A program made the translations under genes and the position numbers. From positions 416,001 to 480,000 of the forward strand of contig JBBRLQ010000002.1 of NCBI GenBank assembly GCA_038231275.1: DNA of 64,000 nucleotides, in the 5' to 3' direction. The notes under the pieces are model-generated. The model worked only from the letters and a program-made list of their open reading frames with translations, was not told the DNA's origin and searched no databases. Below are positions 55,218 through 64,000 of this stretch, one piece after another (position 1 is the stretch's first letter; each line of letters starts with the position of its first letter). This stretch comes from Polyangiales bacterium (GTDB lineage Bacteria > Myxococcota_A > Polyangia > Polyangiales > Polyangiaceae).

Positions 55218-56525
55218 ATGAGCCGCTCCCGCGACCAACGACGTGTCCGACTCGCCTCCGAAGACGGCCTCCGGCTATCGCGGCGCGGCATCCTGAAGGG
55301 TGCGCTCGCGGCGGCGGGTGCAGCGGCGGGCGTGCGCCTCGCCGGGCGCGGCTTCGAAGGAGAGGCGCAGGCGGCGACCGAGACGTCGCACTTCGTGCAC
55401 ATCTTCATGAACGGGGGGCTCAACGCGCTCTTCGCCGGCTGCGCGAACCAGTTCTTGACGAACGGAACCTTCGGCGTGACGAGCTCCAACGTGAAGAACG
55501 TCGGCGGCGGGGTGTACACCGACCTCGGAACCTTCGGAACGTTCTCGCCGTTCGCCCTGTCGCACTGGGGCGCCGTCGGCATTCGGCACTTGAACGCGCT
55601 TCACACGACGCCGCAGAACCTGAACTCGGGCGGCGAGCACGCCATCCTGAAGGACGGGTCGAACTGCTACTTGAACGAGCTCGCGCACGCGATGGGCGGC
55701 GACTCGGCGTTCAAGGCGGTCTACTTCGGCGATCGCCCGCCGGCGTACCAGGATCAGCCGACCTACCAAGGCGTGCCCCTCCAGCGCGTGAGCGATCTGG
55801 GCGACGCCATCAAAGCGCTCGGCGCAGCTACGCCCGATCCGAACGCGCCCGATCGTACGCTCGCGGCGAGCGCGCTCGCGGCGGCGCAGGCCGCGTCCAA
55901 GCGGCAAATCGCGGCAAATCCGGGCCAGCTCACGCCGCTCACCGACGCGTACGACACCGCGGAGGCGGGCCTTCGCAAGCCGCCGCCCAAGCCGGTGACG
56001 TTCTCGGACATCTCCACGGCGTACGGCCTGGGCGGCAAGACCGCGGTCACTTCTTACGCGGCGATGCTCGCAGGCGCGGAGGTCATGATTCGCGCGGCGG
56101 GCACCAACGTCGTCAACATCACCGACTTCGGCCTCGCGTCGTGGGACTTCCACCAGACGAGCGGCGGCGCATCGCTCAACGGCACCTACTCGCGCGAGAA
56201 GATGCTCGGCACGAGCGGCTTCGGCGCCAACCGGATCGCGCCGATCAAGACGTTCATCGATCGCATGCTCGATTTGCCGGACCGCAACGTCGTCGTCTGC
56301 ATCTCCGGCGAGCTCGTCCGCCTCCCGAGCGGCGATCACGGCGACGGGACGGTCGCGGCGATGTTCGGCAAGTACGTCAAGCAGGGCGTGAGCTTCGGTG
56401 TCGACTCGAACGCGCGCTTCAACTCCTCCACGCCAGGCGTCAAGCCGTTCTGGGCGGCGGCGGCGGCGGCGCTCAAGGTGCCCGGTCAGCCGTTCGGCGC
56501 CAACCCGCACCCGCTCTTCACGTAG
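55218..56525 (+). CDS. Tat-exported DUF1501-like protein
   Basis: SRRGILKG Tat motif; IFMNGG; WDFH; GELVR; DHG. Confidence 0.8.
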   Translation: MSRSRDQRRVRLASEDGLRLSRRGILKGALAAAGAAAGVRLAGRGFEGEAQAATETSHFVHIFMNGGLNALFAGCANQFLTNGTFGVTSSNVKNVGGGVYTDLGTFGTFSPFALSHWGAVGIRHLNALHTTPQNLNSGGEHAILKDGSNCYLNELAHAMGGDSAFKAVYFGDRPPAYQDQPTYQGVPLQRVSDLGDAIKALGAATPDPNAPDRTLAASALAAAQAASKRQIAANPGQLTPLTDAYDTAEAGLRKPPPKPVTFSDISTAYGLGGKTAVTSYAAMLAGAEVMIRAAGTNVVNITDFGLASWDFHQTSGGASLNGTYSREKMLGTSGFGANRIAPIKTFIDRMLDLPDRNVVVCISGELVRLPSGDHGDGTVAAMFGKYVKQGVSFGVDSNARFNSSTPGVKPFWAAAAAALKVPGQPFGANPHPLFT

Positions 56526-56574
56526 TCGCGCTCCTCCTCGGACATCTCGGCGCCGATGACCGCGCGCCTCGCGG

Positions 56575-57678
56575 CTACTTCTTCAAGAGCTCGGCGAGGA
56601 CCTTCTTCACGTCGTCCTCGCGCACCGCGCCGCGGAGCTGGCCCGCCGTCGGCGTAGGCGGACACGCGACGCGATCCGCCCGGAGCTTGCGCGTGCCGAC
56701 CTGCTTGCCGGTGCGGCGCTCGTACACGACGACGTCGAGGTCGGTGTAGATGATCCCAGCGGCGTCGGTCTTCCCGCAGCCGAAGAAGCGCTCGACCGGC
56801 TTGGCGACCGCGACGAGATCGACGTCGGCGAAGCTCCCGGCTTTTCCGACGACAACGATCTTGCTGCTCACCGCGCCGACCGCGACGAGCATGCGCGGCT
56901 CGCTCGGCGCCGGAGCGTCGCCCGCGAACGCGACCGGACCATGCTCCACCTTCGCGAGCTCGGTCGAGGCGAGATCGGCGAGGAGCGGCCCCGCGAGATC
57001 GAGCGTGTCGTCCGCCTTCGCGCCGCCCGCCTCCATTTGAACGGCGAGCGAGACGCGCTCGGTCTGCCCCACCGTCATCTTCGGGAGCTTGGCGAGCAAA
57101 TCGACCTCGAGCTTGCCGCGTTTTCCGGGCGAGACTGCGGTCTTCTGACCGTCGACGCTGACCTGCGCGTCGAGCGCGCTCTCGATCTCGATCGGCACCT
57201 TACCTGCCTTCGTCCCCTTGAACGCCGGCGCGCCGCACATCGTGCCGCTGCACGACAACGTCGCCTCGCTGTCCCCGCCGGCCGAGAAGACCCGCAGGAG
57301 CCCCTTGGGCGTCGCGTCCCAGTCGGCCGACGCGCTCGACGTCTGCTTGCCGAGCAGGCCACCCTTCGTCGCGTCCACCTTGAACGAGTTCTTCCCGAGC
57401 TTGAGGCCGCTCTTGGGCACGACGAACGACTCGGTCGCGTGGTCACCGGTGCTCTTCGTCTGACCGGCGCAGGCGAGGTCGACGCCCGGGATGGTCTTGA
57501 CGAGGATCTCGATCTGGTCGCCTTTTCCTCCTGCGCCGCCCGCGCCGTCCTTCACCTCGAGGGAGAGCGGGATCGTGCCCTGGCTGTCGCAGCCGGCGAC
57601 GGCGGACGCCGCGAAAGCGCCGACGAGCAAATGCAGCCCAAGCGTGGACGCGGAGAAAAACCGGCAGAGAGTGCGCAC
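56575..57678 (-). CDS. Hypothetical lipoprotein
   Basis: Lipobox VAGC; biased codon usage; start uncertain. Confidence 0.65.
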   Translation of the reverse strand: MRTLCRFFSASTLGLHLLVGAFAASAVAGCDSQGTIPLSLEVKDGAGGAGGKGDQIEILVKTIPGVDLACAGQTKSTGDHATESFVVPKSGLKLGKNSFKVDATKGGLLGKQTSSASADWDATPKGLLRVFSAGGDSEATLSCSGTMCGAPAFKGTKAGKVPIEIESALDAQVSVDGQKTAVSPGKRGKLEVDLLAKLPKMTVGQTERVSLAVQMEAGGAKADDTLDLAGPLLADLASTELAKVEHGPVAFAGDAPAPSEPRMLVAVGAVSSKIVVVGKAGSFADVDLVAVAKPVERFFGCGKTDAAGIIYTDLDVVVYERRTGKQVGTRKLRADRVACPPTPTAGQLRGAVREDDVKKVLAELLKK

Positions 57679-57766
57679 GGGCGCATGATACACGGCTGGC
57701 GATCGTGAGAGCCGTGCGTTACGAATTCGGACGACCTCGAACACTGCCCACGAGACAGGAGCCCGA

Positions 57767-58273
57767 ATGACCCTCTACGCCGCGATCCCGCAGATGAAGA
57801 AGATGCTCTCGAACCTCGACAAGTGGATCGACAAGGGGGCCGAGCACGCGAAGATCAAGGCGTTCGATCCCAACGTCCTCGTCACCACCCGCCTCGCGCC
57901 GGACATGTATCCGCTCGTCCGCCAGGTCCAGTCGGCGTGTGACGCGGCGAAGTTCGCCGCCGCGCGCCTCTCGGGGAAAGACGCGCCGAAGCACGAGGAC
58001 AAGGAGCAGACGGTCGAAGAGCTCCACGCGCGCATCCGCGCGGTCATGACCTACCTCGACGGGTTCTCCGCCGCGGACTTCAAGGGCGCCGAGACGCGCC
58101 GCATCGAGCTGCCGTTCCTCGAGGGCGTGCCGCTCACCGGCGCGCAGTACCTCTTCGAGATGGCGCAGCCCAACTTCTATTTTCACGTGACGACCGCGTA
58201 CGCGATCCTCCGCCACAACGGCGTCGATCTCGGCAAGCGCGACTACATCGGCGGCCTCGGCCCCAAGGTCTGA
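57767..58273 (+). CDS. DUF1993 family protein
   Basis: RLAPDMYPL.RQVQ, PNFYFHVTTAYAILRHNGV.LGKRDY. Confidence 0.92.
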   Translation: MTLYAAIPQMKKMLSNLDKWIDKGAEHAKIKAFDPNVLVTTRLAPDMYPLVRQVQSACDAAKFAAARLSGKDAPKHEDKEQTVEELHARIRAVMTYLDGFSAADFKGAETRRIELPFLEGVPLTGAQYLFEMAQPNFYFHVTTAYAILRHNGVDLGKRDYIGGLGPKV

Positions 58274-58292
58274 TCCAGTCCGTTCGCGCGAA

Positions 58293-59378
58293 TCACGCGC
58301 GTGGATCGAGCTGAGCCAGCAGGCGCTCCACACGGAGCATGCCCGTCAGATCGCCTATTTTGTGCGCGTGATCCATCGCCGAGAAGAGGTGCGTCTGCTC
58401 CCACGGCAGGCGCGACGGATCGGCTTCGAGCAGCGCGACGTAGTGCTCGAAGGCGCGGGCAGGATCGAAGGTCGTGCGCTTCAGCACCGCGTGTCGGACG
58501 ACGGCGTGGACGGCGTAGCGTCCGCGCATCGGCTCCTGCACGAGGTGCCAGCGCACGAGCGCCTGGAGCGCGCCGCCGGCACCCGTGCGTACGTCGGCGA
58601 GCGTCGCGAGCGACGCGAGATCGGCGTGATCCCCCTCGAGGTGCGAGAGGACGGCGAGGATGCGGCGGCTCGCCGGTGGCAAACGCGGCCACGCCCACGC
58701 CACGAGCAGCGCGACCTCCGGCAGATCGTCCTCGTGCGCGATCGCCGTCACGCGCGTCACGCCTCCCTTGTCCAGGAACGCTCCGAGCGCGGCGACGCCG
58801 ACCGCGCGTGAGCCCACGATGGCGTCGGCGACGTCGAGCGCCAGAGGGTTCCATCGGAGCATGCGCGTGAGCGCGGCGACCCGGGGAAACGCTGCGCGTC
58901 CGGCGGTCACGCGCGGCGCGGTCACGGGAAAAATCAGCACGCCAGAGAGCAGGCACCGTCGCGCCGTGACCACGAAGCTCGCCTTCGTCTTCGACAGCTC
59001 TTCGAGCAGGCGCGCCATCGCGCGATCGTCCTCGTGGTTGTCGAGCACGACGAGCCGCTCTTCTTTCTTCAGGAAGGACACGAGTCGCGGCAGGAGCTCG
59101 CCGCGCGTTCGCGGGGTCCCGAAGCGGAGCGCGAGCATCTCGGCGAGCGTCCGAAAATCCCACGCGCCGACGCGGAACCAGTGGATGCGCCCGCCGAACG
59201 ACGGAGCGACGCGATGGCCGAGCGCCGCCGCGAGCATGGACTTTCCGCTGCCACCCGAGCCGACCAGGGCGAGTCGTGCCGGCCGCGTCTCGTCGATCGT
59301 CCGCGCGAGCGTCGCCAGCTCACCGGCGCGCCCCTTCAGCCCGCGAGGAGGCGGCGGGAAGAAATCGTGGGTCGGCAT
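58293..59378 (-). CDS. NB-ARC/STAND-like P-loop ATPase with helical/winged-helix region
   Basis: LKGRAGEL, GSGGSGKS Walker A, LVVLDN Walker B, NPLALDV, RYAVHAVVR. Confidence 0.75.
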   Translation of the reverse strand: MPTHDFFPPPPRGLKGRAGELATLARTIDETRPARLALVGSGGSGKSMLAAALGHRVAPSFGGRIHWFRVGAWDFRTLAEMLALRFGTPRTRGELLPRLVSFLKKEERLVVLDNHEDDRAMARLLEELSKTKASFVVTARRCLLSGVLIFPVTAPRVTAGRAAFPRVAALTRMLRWNPLALDVADAIVGSRAVGVAALGAFLDKGGVTRVTAIAHEDDLPEVALLVAWAWPRLPPASRRILAVLSHLEGDHADLASLATLADVRTGAGGALQALVRWHLVQEPMRGRYAVHAVVRHAVLKRTTFDPARAFEHYVALLEADPSRLPWEQTHLFSAMDHAHKIGDLTGMLRVERLLAQLDPRA

Positions 59379-59403
59379 GGGGCGTTAGTCTATCGTCTCC
59401 CGC

Positions 59404-60459
59404 GTGAACCGACGCAAGCTCGCCTACGCCGCGCGGCGGCTGCTCGCCACGACCGTGCTCTCGCTGCCCGCTCCGATCGTCAGGCGCCTCGCCGGGCCGC
59501 CGATCGTGAAGGACGGGCACACGCTCGACGCGCAAGTTCAGCTGATGCTCGTCCTCGCCCGGATGTCGCAGGTGAAGAGCTCACACCAGATGTCCGTCCG
59601 CGGCGCGCGACGCGAGCTCGAGACGAGCGCGCGCATCCTCGCCCCCGAGCCGCCGCCGCCCGCCGACGTGCGCGAAGTGACGCTCGACGGGCCGGCCGGA
59701 ACTGTCCGCGCGCGCGTGTACCGTCCGCTCGGCGTGGCGGCGCCGGCGCCGTGCCTCGTCTTCTTTCACGGTGGAGGCTGGACGCTCGGTTCGCTCGACT
59801 CCCACGATGCGCCGTGCCGTGCCTTCGCAGCAGGCGCGGGCTGCGTGGTCGTGTCCGTCGACTACCGCCTCGCGCCGGAGCACCCGTTCCCCGCGGCCGT
59901 CGACGACGCGACCGCGGCATTTCGTGCGGTCGTCGCGGCGCCCCAGCGGTTCGGGATCGATCCCGCGCGCGTGGCGGTCGGCGGAGACAGCGCGGGCGGC
60001 AACCTCGCGGCCGTCGTGTGCCTGGACACGCGGGGAGACGCGATCCGCCCATGCTTCCAGCTTCTCATCTACCCGGGCGTCGACATGAGCATGTCGTTCC
60101 CGTCGATCGAGTCGCTCGGCCGCGGCTTCTTCCTCGAGCGTTCGACGATGGACTGGTTTCTCGATCACTACGTGCCGTCGCGCGAAGACCGAAAGGGCCC
60201 CCGCGCCTCGCCGCTCTTCGCGACGTCGCACGAGGGGCTGCCTCCGGCCTTCGTCGTCACCGCCGGCTTCGACCCCCTGCGCGACGAGGGGCGTGCCTAC
60301 GCGAAGGCCCTCACCGACGCCGGCGTCCGTTGCGACGAGCGCTGCTACGGCGGGCTCTTTCATGGGTTTTTGCACACGTGGGGCGTGCTCCGCGCCGCGC
60401 GCTCGCCGCTCGAGGACATGGTCACGGCGCTCCGCGGCGGCTTCGTCACCACGCGCTGA
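59404..60459 (+). CDS. HSL-family esterase/lipase
   Basis: HGGGW, VDYRLAPEH, GDSAGG, DPLRDEG, HGF. Confidence 0.93.
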   Translation: MNRRKLAYAARRLLATTVLSLPAPIVRRLAGPPIVKDGHTLDAQVQLMLVLARMSQVKSSHQMSVRGARRELETSARILAPEPPPPADVREVTLDGPAGTVRARVYRPLGVAAPAPCLVFFHGGGWTLGSLDSHDAPCRAFAAGAGCVVVSVDYRLAPEHPFPAAVDDATAAFRAVVAAPQRFGIDPARVAVGGDSAGGNLAAVVCLDTRGDAIRPCFQLLIYPGVDMSMSFPSIESLGRGFFLERSTMDWFLDHYVPSREDRKGPRASPLFATSHEGLPPAFVVTAGFDPLRDEGRAYAKALTDAGVRCDERCYGGLFHGFLHTWGVLRAARSPLEDMVTALRGGFVTTR

Positions 60460-60851
60460 GGTGCGCCGCAGGCAGGCGCGCGGAGGCGGCGCCGACACCG
60501 CGTTGTCCTTCCGAAGAGCGTGCACTCTACATGTGGCGGGCGTCGTCACACACTGCGCGCGTGCGTGGTTTTCACCCACACAGTCTCCGCGGATTTTGCA
60601 GCAGAAGTCCTCGTTTTCTGGATGCGCTGGAAGAGTGCTTGAAGGTCTACGTGATCCGCGCACCGACGCTCACCGACGTATGCACACCAAAGTGAGTGTG
60701 CGAGGCGAAATCCGGATTGCGCAAACGTATGCGGGATGGGAGACAGGTCGCGGCTCGAAGCTGAGCGACCCACAGTCTGCGAAGGCGTCCCCGGTTCTTG
60801 TCGGACTACGCCGGAGCTTTCGCGACTGCTCGAACAACCGCTGGAGGATTC

Positions 60852-62216
60852 ATGGCACGCAGATTCGCTCTGTGCTCGATGTCGGTCTTTGCTCTCGGTT
60901 CGATTCTCGCCGCGTGTTCCGCGGGACAGGGGGAGTCGACCGGCGACTCGTCCGAACAGGCGTTCGGGGCCGAGATGCCGCGCGGCGGCGGCGCTCACAT
61001 GATGCCGATGCACTCTGGCAGCGGCCTCAAGGTGGAGTCGGCACCGGCGGGCGCGAAGCTCGTCTACAACGGCGGCCCTGTGCTCAGCACGGTCAAGGTC
61101 TACTCGGTGTACTGGGGCGCCAGCGTCCCGAACCAGACCGACCTGAACAGCTTCTATACGGCCATCACCAACAGCGCGTATTTCGACTGGCTCAACGAGT
61201 ACAACACGCCGACGCAGACGATCGGCCGCGGCAGCTTCGGCGGCGCGGTCGTCGACACGACGCCGCCGTCGGGCTCGACCATCTCGGACGCGCAGATCCA
61301 GGCGGAGATCACAAAGCTGATCGGCGCCGGCAAGCTCCCCGCGAACGATGCCAACAACCTCTACATGATGCACTTCCCGGCCGGGATCACCATCACGATG
61401 GGCGGTTCGTCGTCGTGCGTGCAGTTCTGCGCGTACCACGGCACGTTCGTGCTCAACGGCAAGAACGCCTATTACGGCGTCATGCCGGACCTGAGCGGCG
61501 GCTGCGCAGGCGGCTGCGGCGGCGGCACGAAGCTCCAGAACCAGACCTCGGTCGCGTCGCACGAGCTCATCGAAGCGGTGACTGACTCCGCCGTCGGGCT
61601 CGCCACGGTCGTCGGGCCGCCGCTGGCCTGGTACGACAGCGCGAACGGCGAGATCGGGGACATCTGCAACGGCCAACAGGGCGTCGTCGCCGGCTGGACG
61701 GTCCAGAAGCAGTTCTCCAACAAGGCCAACGACTGCATCTTGACCAACGGCAGCCCGCCCCCGCCGCCGCCCCCGCCGCCGCCCCCGACCGACGGTGGCA
61801 CCGACGCGAACCCGCCGCCGCCGCCGCCGCCGCCCCCGCCGCCTCCCGGCAACTGCACGCACGACAAGTGCGCGTCGGGCGGCAAGCTCGTCTCGGGCTG
61901 CGACCCGTGCGTCACCCAGATCTGCGCGGCGGATTCGTTCTGCTGCTCCACGAGCTGGGACTCGATCTGCGTCGGTGAAGTGAAGTCGGTCTGCGGCCTG
62001 AGCTGCAGCGCGCCGCCTCCGCCCCCGCCGCCGCCTCCGCCCCCGCCGCCGAACACGTGCTCGCACCCGATCTGCTCGACCGGAGCGAAGCTCGTCAAGA
62101 GCTGCGACCCGTGCGCGACCAAGATCTGCGCGGTCGACTCCTACTGCTGCAACACCAAGTGGGACTCGATCTGCGTCGGCGAAGTGAAATCGGTCTGCAG
62201 CCAGACCTGCCCGTAA
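60852..62216 (+). CDS. Secreted lipoprotein with Phi-1/EXORDIUM-like domain, polyproline linkers and two Cys-rich repeats
   Basis: Lipobox LAAC; YNGGPVL, FCAYH, SHELIEAVTD, EIGDIC; two CDPC..IC..D..CC...WDSICVGEVKSVC units; ggagga RBS. Confidence 0.8.
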   Translation: MARRFALCSMSVFALGSILAACSAGQGESTGDSSEQAFGAEMPRGGGAHMMPMHSGSGLKVESAPAGAKLVYNGGPVLSTVKVYSVYWGASVPNQTDLNSFYTAITNSAYFDWLNEYNTPTQTIGRGSFGGAVVDTTPPSGSTISDAQIQAEITKLIGAGKLPANDANNLYMMHFPAGITITMGGSSSCVQFCAYHGTFVLNGKNAYYGVMPDLSGGCAGGCGGGTKLQNQTSVASHELIEAVTDSAVGLATVVGPPLAWYDSANGEIGDICNGQQGVVAGWTVQKQFSNKANDCILTNGSPPPPPPPPPPPTDGGTDANPPPPPPPPPPPPGNCTHDKCASGGKLVSGCDPCVTQICAADSFCCSTSWDSICVGEVKSVCGLSCSAPPPPPPPPPPPPPNTCSHPICSTGAKLVKSCDPCATKICAVDSYCCNTKWDSICVGEVKSVCSQTCP

Positions 62217-62236
62217 CGAAACCGTAGTAAAATGCA

Positions 62237-62282
62237 GCGCGCGCGCCGATCTCCTTGGAGATCCGGCGCGCGCGTCCTTTTG
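62237..62282 (+). terminator. Intrinsic terminator
   Basis: gcgcgcgcc-gatctcc-tt-ggagatc-c-ggcgcgcgc followed by gtcctttt. Confidence 0.7.
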
Positions 62283-62312
62283 TGGGGATGAGCGAAACGA
62301 AAGCGCCGAGCG

Positions 62313-62912
62313 TCAGTCCGACCAGACCGACACGGCCCACTTGCCTGCGCCGGCAGCGACCGCCACGTTGATGCTCGCCGTGTCCGCGGCGTTGAAGCAG
62401 AACACCCCGTCCTCGAGGACGACGGCGTCGTTGCTGTCGAGGAGATCCTCGCCGATGCTCTTGCCGGCCGAGTCCATGACAGCGATGTCGAAGTCGGTGA
62501 CGGTCGGCTGCGCGATGCCGATGACGCGGTAGCAGTGGTTCGCCTCGGCCTTCAGCGGGATGGAGGTGACCATCTTCTCGCGCGAGCCTTCGCCCTGCGT
62601 GGGCGCGCCGACCTGGTGCATCTTCTTGTCGACGCAGGCGTTCGACATGCCGCTGACGTTCGCGACGAGATCGCCGCCCTTCGCACCGGTGTGGCAGCTC
62701 TTGGGCGAGGCGTCTTTCTTCCAGGTCACCTTGTCCGAGTCCGGCTTGGTGGCGGGCTTGGGGAGGGACGGGTCGCCGCCCGTCGTGCTCGACGGAGTGC
62801 CGGGGCTAGGACCGCCCGCGCCCCCGCCGCCGCCGCCGCAGCCGACCGCCAACGCCGAAATCAGAATCGATAGGGAAACGCTCGCTGCTTTTGTCGCTTT
62901 TGTCGTTCGCAT
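62313..62912 (-). CDS. Hypothetical lipoprotein
   Basis: Lipobox AVGC; Gly/Pro linker; HCYRVIG and DFDIAV beta-sandwich-like motifs. Confidence 0.7.
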   Translation of the reverse strand: MRTTKATKAASVSLSILISALAVGCGGGGGGAGGPSPGTPSSTTGGDPSLPKPATKPDSDKVTWKKDASPKSCHTGAKGGDLVANVSGMSNACVDKKMHQVGAPTQGEGSREKMVTSIPLKAEANHCYRVIGIAQPTVTDFDIAVMDSAGKSIGEDLLDSNDAVVLEDGVFCFNAADTASINVAVAAGAGKWAVSVWSD

Positions 62913-62952
62913 GGGACGCGAGGGTACTACGCGCTCGCGCGCGTGTAACCGC

Positions 62953-63924
62953 TCACTTCGCGAACGCGGCGACGATGCCCTCGGGCGCGTACGTGGTGCA
63001 GGTCACCGAGGACGCGCTCTCGGAGAGCGTCGCGATCGCGTCGGTGGACCATGCGTCGTCGGCGGTGGTCGCGCCTGCGTTGAAGGCGTAGCAGGCGCAC
63101 GTGCACGGGCATTGGGCGCACTGGGTCGCTTTGTCGCAGGGGAGCGTGACCGTGATCCCGTTGCCGCTGGTGCTGAGCCCCTGCAGGTGCGTCGGATTCG
63201 AAGGATTCGACACGTCGACGAGGCCGTAGGCGTAGACATGGCTGAGGACGAGCGCGTCCGGAGCGGCGACGTAGGCGAACGGGTTGGAGATCGACTCTGC
63301 GACGTGAAAATCGAACGTCGTCTTGGCGGAGCCGATGTCCGTGAAGACGTCCTTGGACACTTGGAAGGTCGCGTGCGGGCTCCAGGGACTCGTCATGGTC
63401 GACGTTGCGCCAGCGGCGACGCGACGCATCTTGACGCCCTGATCGTCGCTCGCGAAGGCGTACTCATCGCCGACGGCCGAGAGGTGGGTCTTGCTCGCCT
63501 GATCGACGGCGTCGGAGATCGCCTGCGCCTTCGAGACGGCCGCGGAGCGCTGGGATCCGGTCCAGCACGCTCCGCCGCTGCACCACGCGCCGCCGGCGCA
63601 CGCGTGGCCGCAGCTTCCGCAGTTCGCGGGATCGGTGTGGAGGTTCGTGGTCGCGCCGGCGCACGACGCCGCGCTGGTCGGGCAGGTCGGCCCCGAGTCA
63701 GGCGGCGGGGCGGCTTCGGGAACGCCGGCGTCGTCTTCGGGCGGCGTGCTCGAAGGCGCCGTGAAGGGCGCGTTCGCGGCGCCGGGTCCGTGGGCCGCGG
63801 GACTCTGCGCGCTTCCCTGATCGGGCGTCGCGCTTCCTTGCTGCGGGTCGGGGGACATCGGCGTCCCGCAGCCCACGAAGGTAGAGACCATGACCGCAGC
63901 GCTCACGAAGACGGTAGTTCTCAT
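62953..63924 (-). CDS. Cys-rich lipoprotein
   Basis: Lipobox FVGC; DPANCGSCGHAC repeat-type motif; CAQCPCTCAC. Confidence 0.7.
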   Translation of the reverse strand: MRTTVFVSAAVMVSTFVGCGTPMSPDPQQGSATPDQGSAQSPAAHGPGAANAPFTAPSSTPPEDDAGVPEAAPPPDSGPTCPTSAASCAGATTNLHTDPANCGSCGHACAGGAWCSGGACWTGSQRSAAVSKAQAISDAVDQASKTHLSAVGDEYAFASDDQGVKMRRVAAGATSTMTSPWSPHATFQVSKDVFTDIGSAKTTFDFHVAESISNPFAYVAAPDALVLSHVYAYGLVDVSNPSNPTHLQGLSTSGNGITVTLPCDKATQCAQCPCTCACYAFNAGATTADDAWSTDAIATLSESASSVTCTTYAPEGIVAAFAK

Positions 63925-64000
63925 CGACCCGATGAACGACGGCGACGGACGCTTCTTGAAGGATCGCCCCTGAAATTTCTGGGCCGCGTTCGGTCGACGT

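Overview
64 kb of very GC-rich DNA whose gene content (Ser/Thr kinases, Cys-rich lipoproteins, sigma54 promoters, DUF1501-type cassette) looks like a myxobacterium; the taxonomy is inferred. It opens with housekeeping genes (3' end of ftsH, gap-pgk-tpiA-secG). Next comes an apparently complete, mostly translationally coupled lasso-peptide cluster on the minus strand (5750-10723): precursor, cyclase, HPr-like kinase, RRE, leader peptidase and ABC exporter. Its predicted core GGTGGARSD-FPAKNKKR lacks the C-terminal Ser that characterised lasso kinases phosphorylate. Other notable loci are a four-gene operon of a zinc-ribbon protein plus three paralogous double-YbjQ proteins (22783-25777), an internally deleted IS5-like element bounded by CTAG on both sides, and a heme-c/lipoprotein/Tat-DUF1501 cassette with a sigma54-like promoter. 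There are also tandem CxxCxxCC paralogues, an orphan B12 radical SAM-TPR enzyme, a kinase fused to a periplasmic-binding-like domain, and a Phi-1/EXORDIUM-like secreted protein. No rRNA, tRNA or CRISPR array was seen. All family assignments come from reading motifs by eye, not from database searches.
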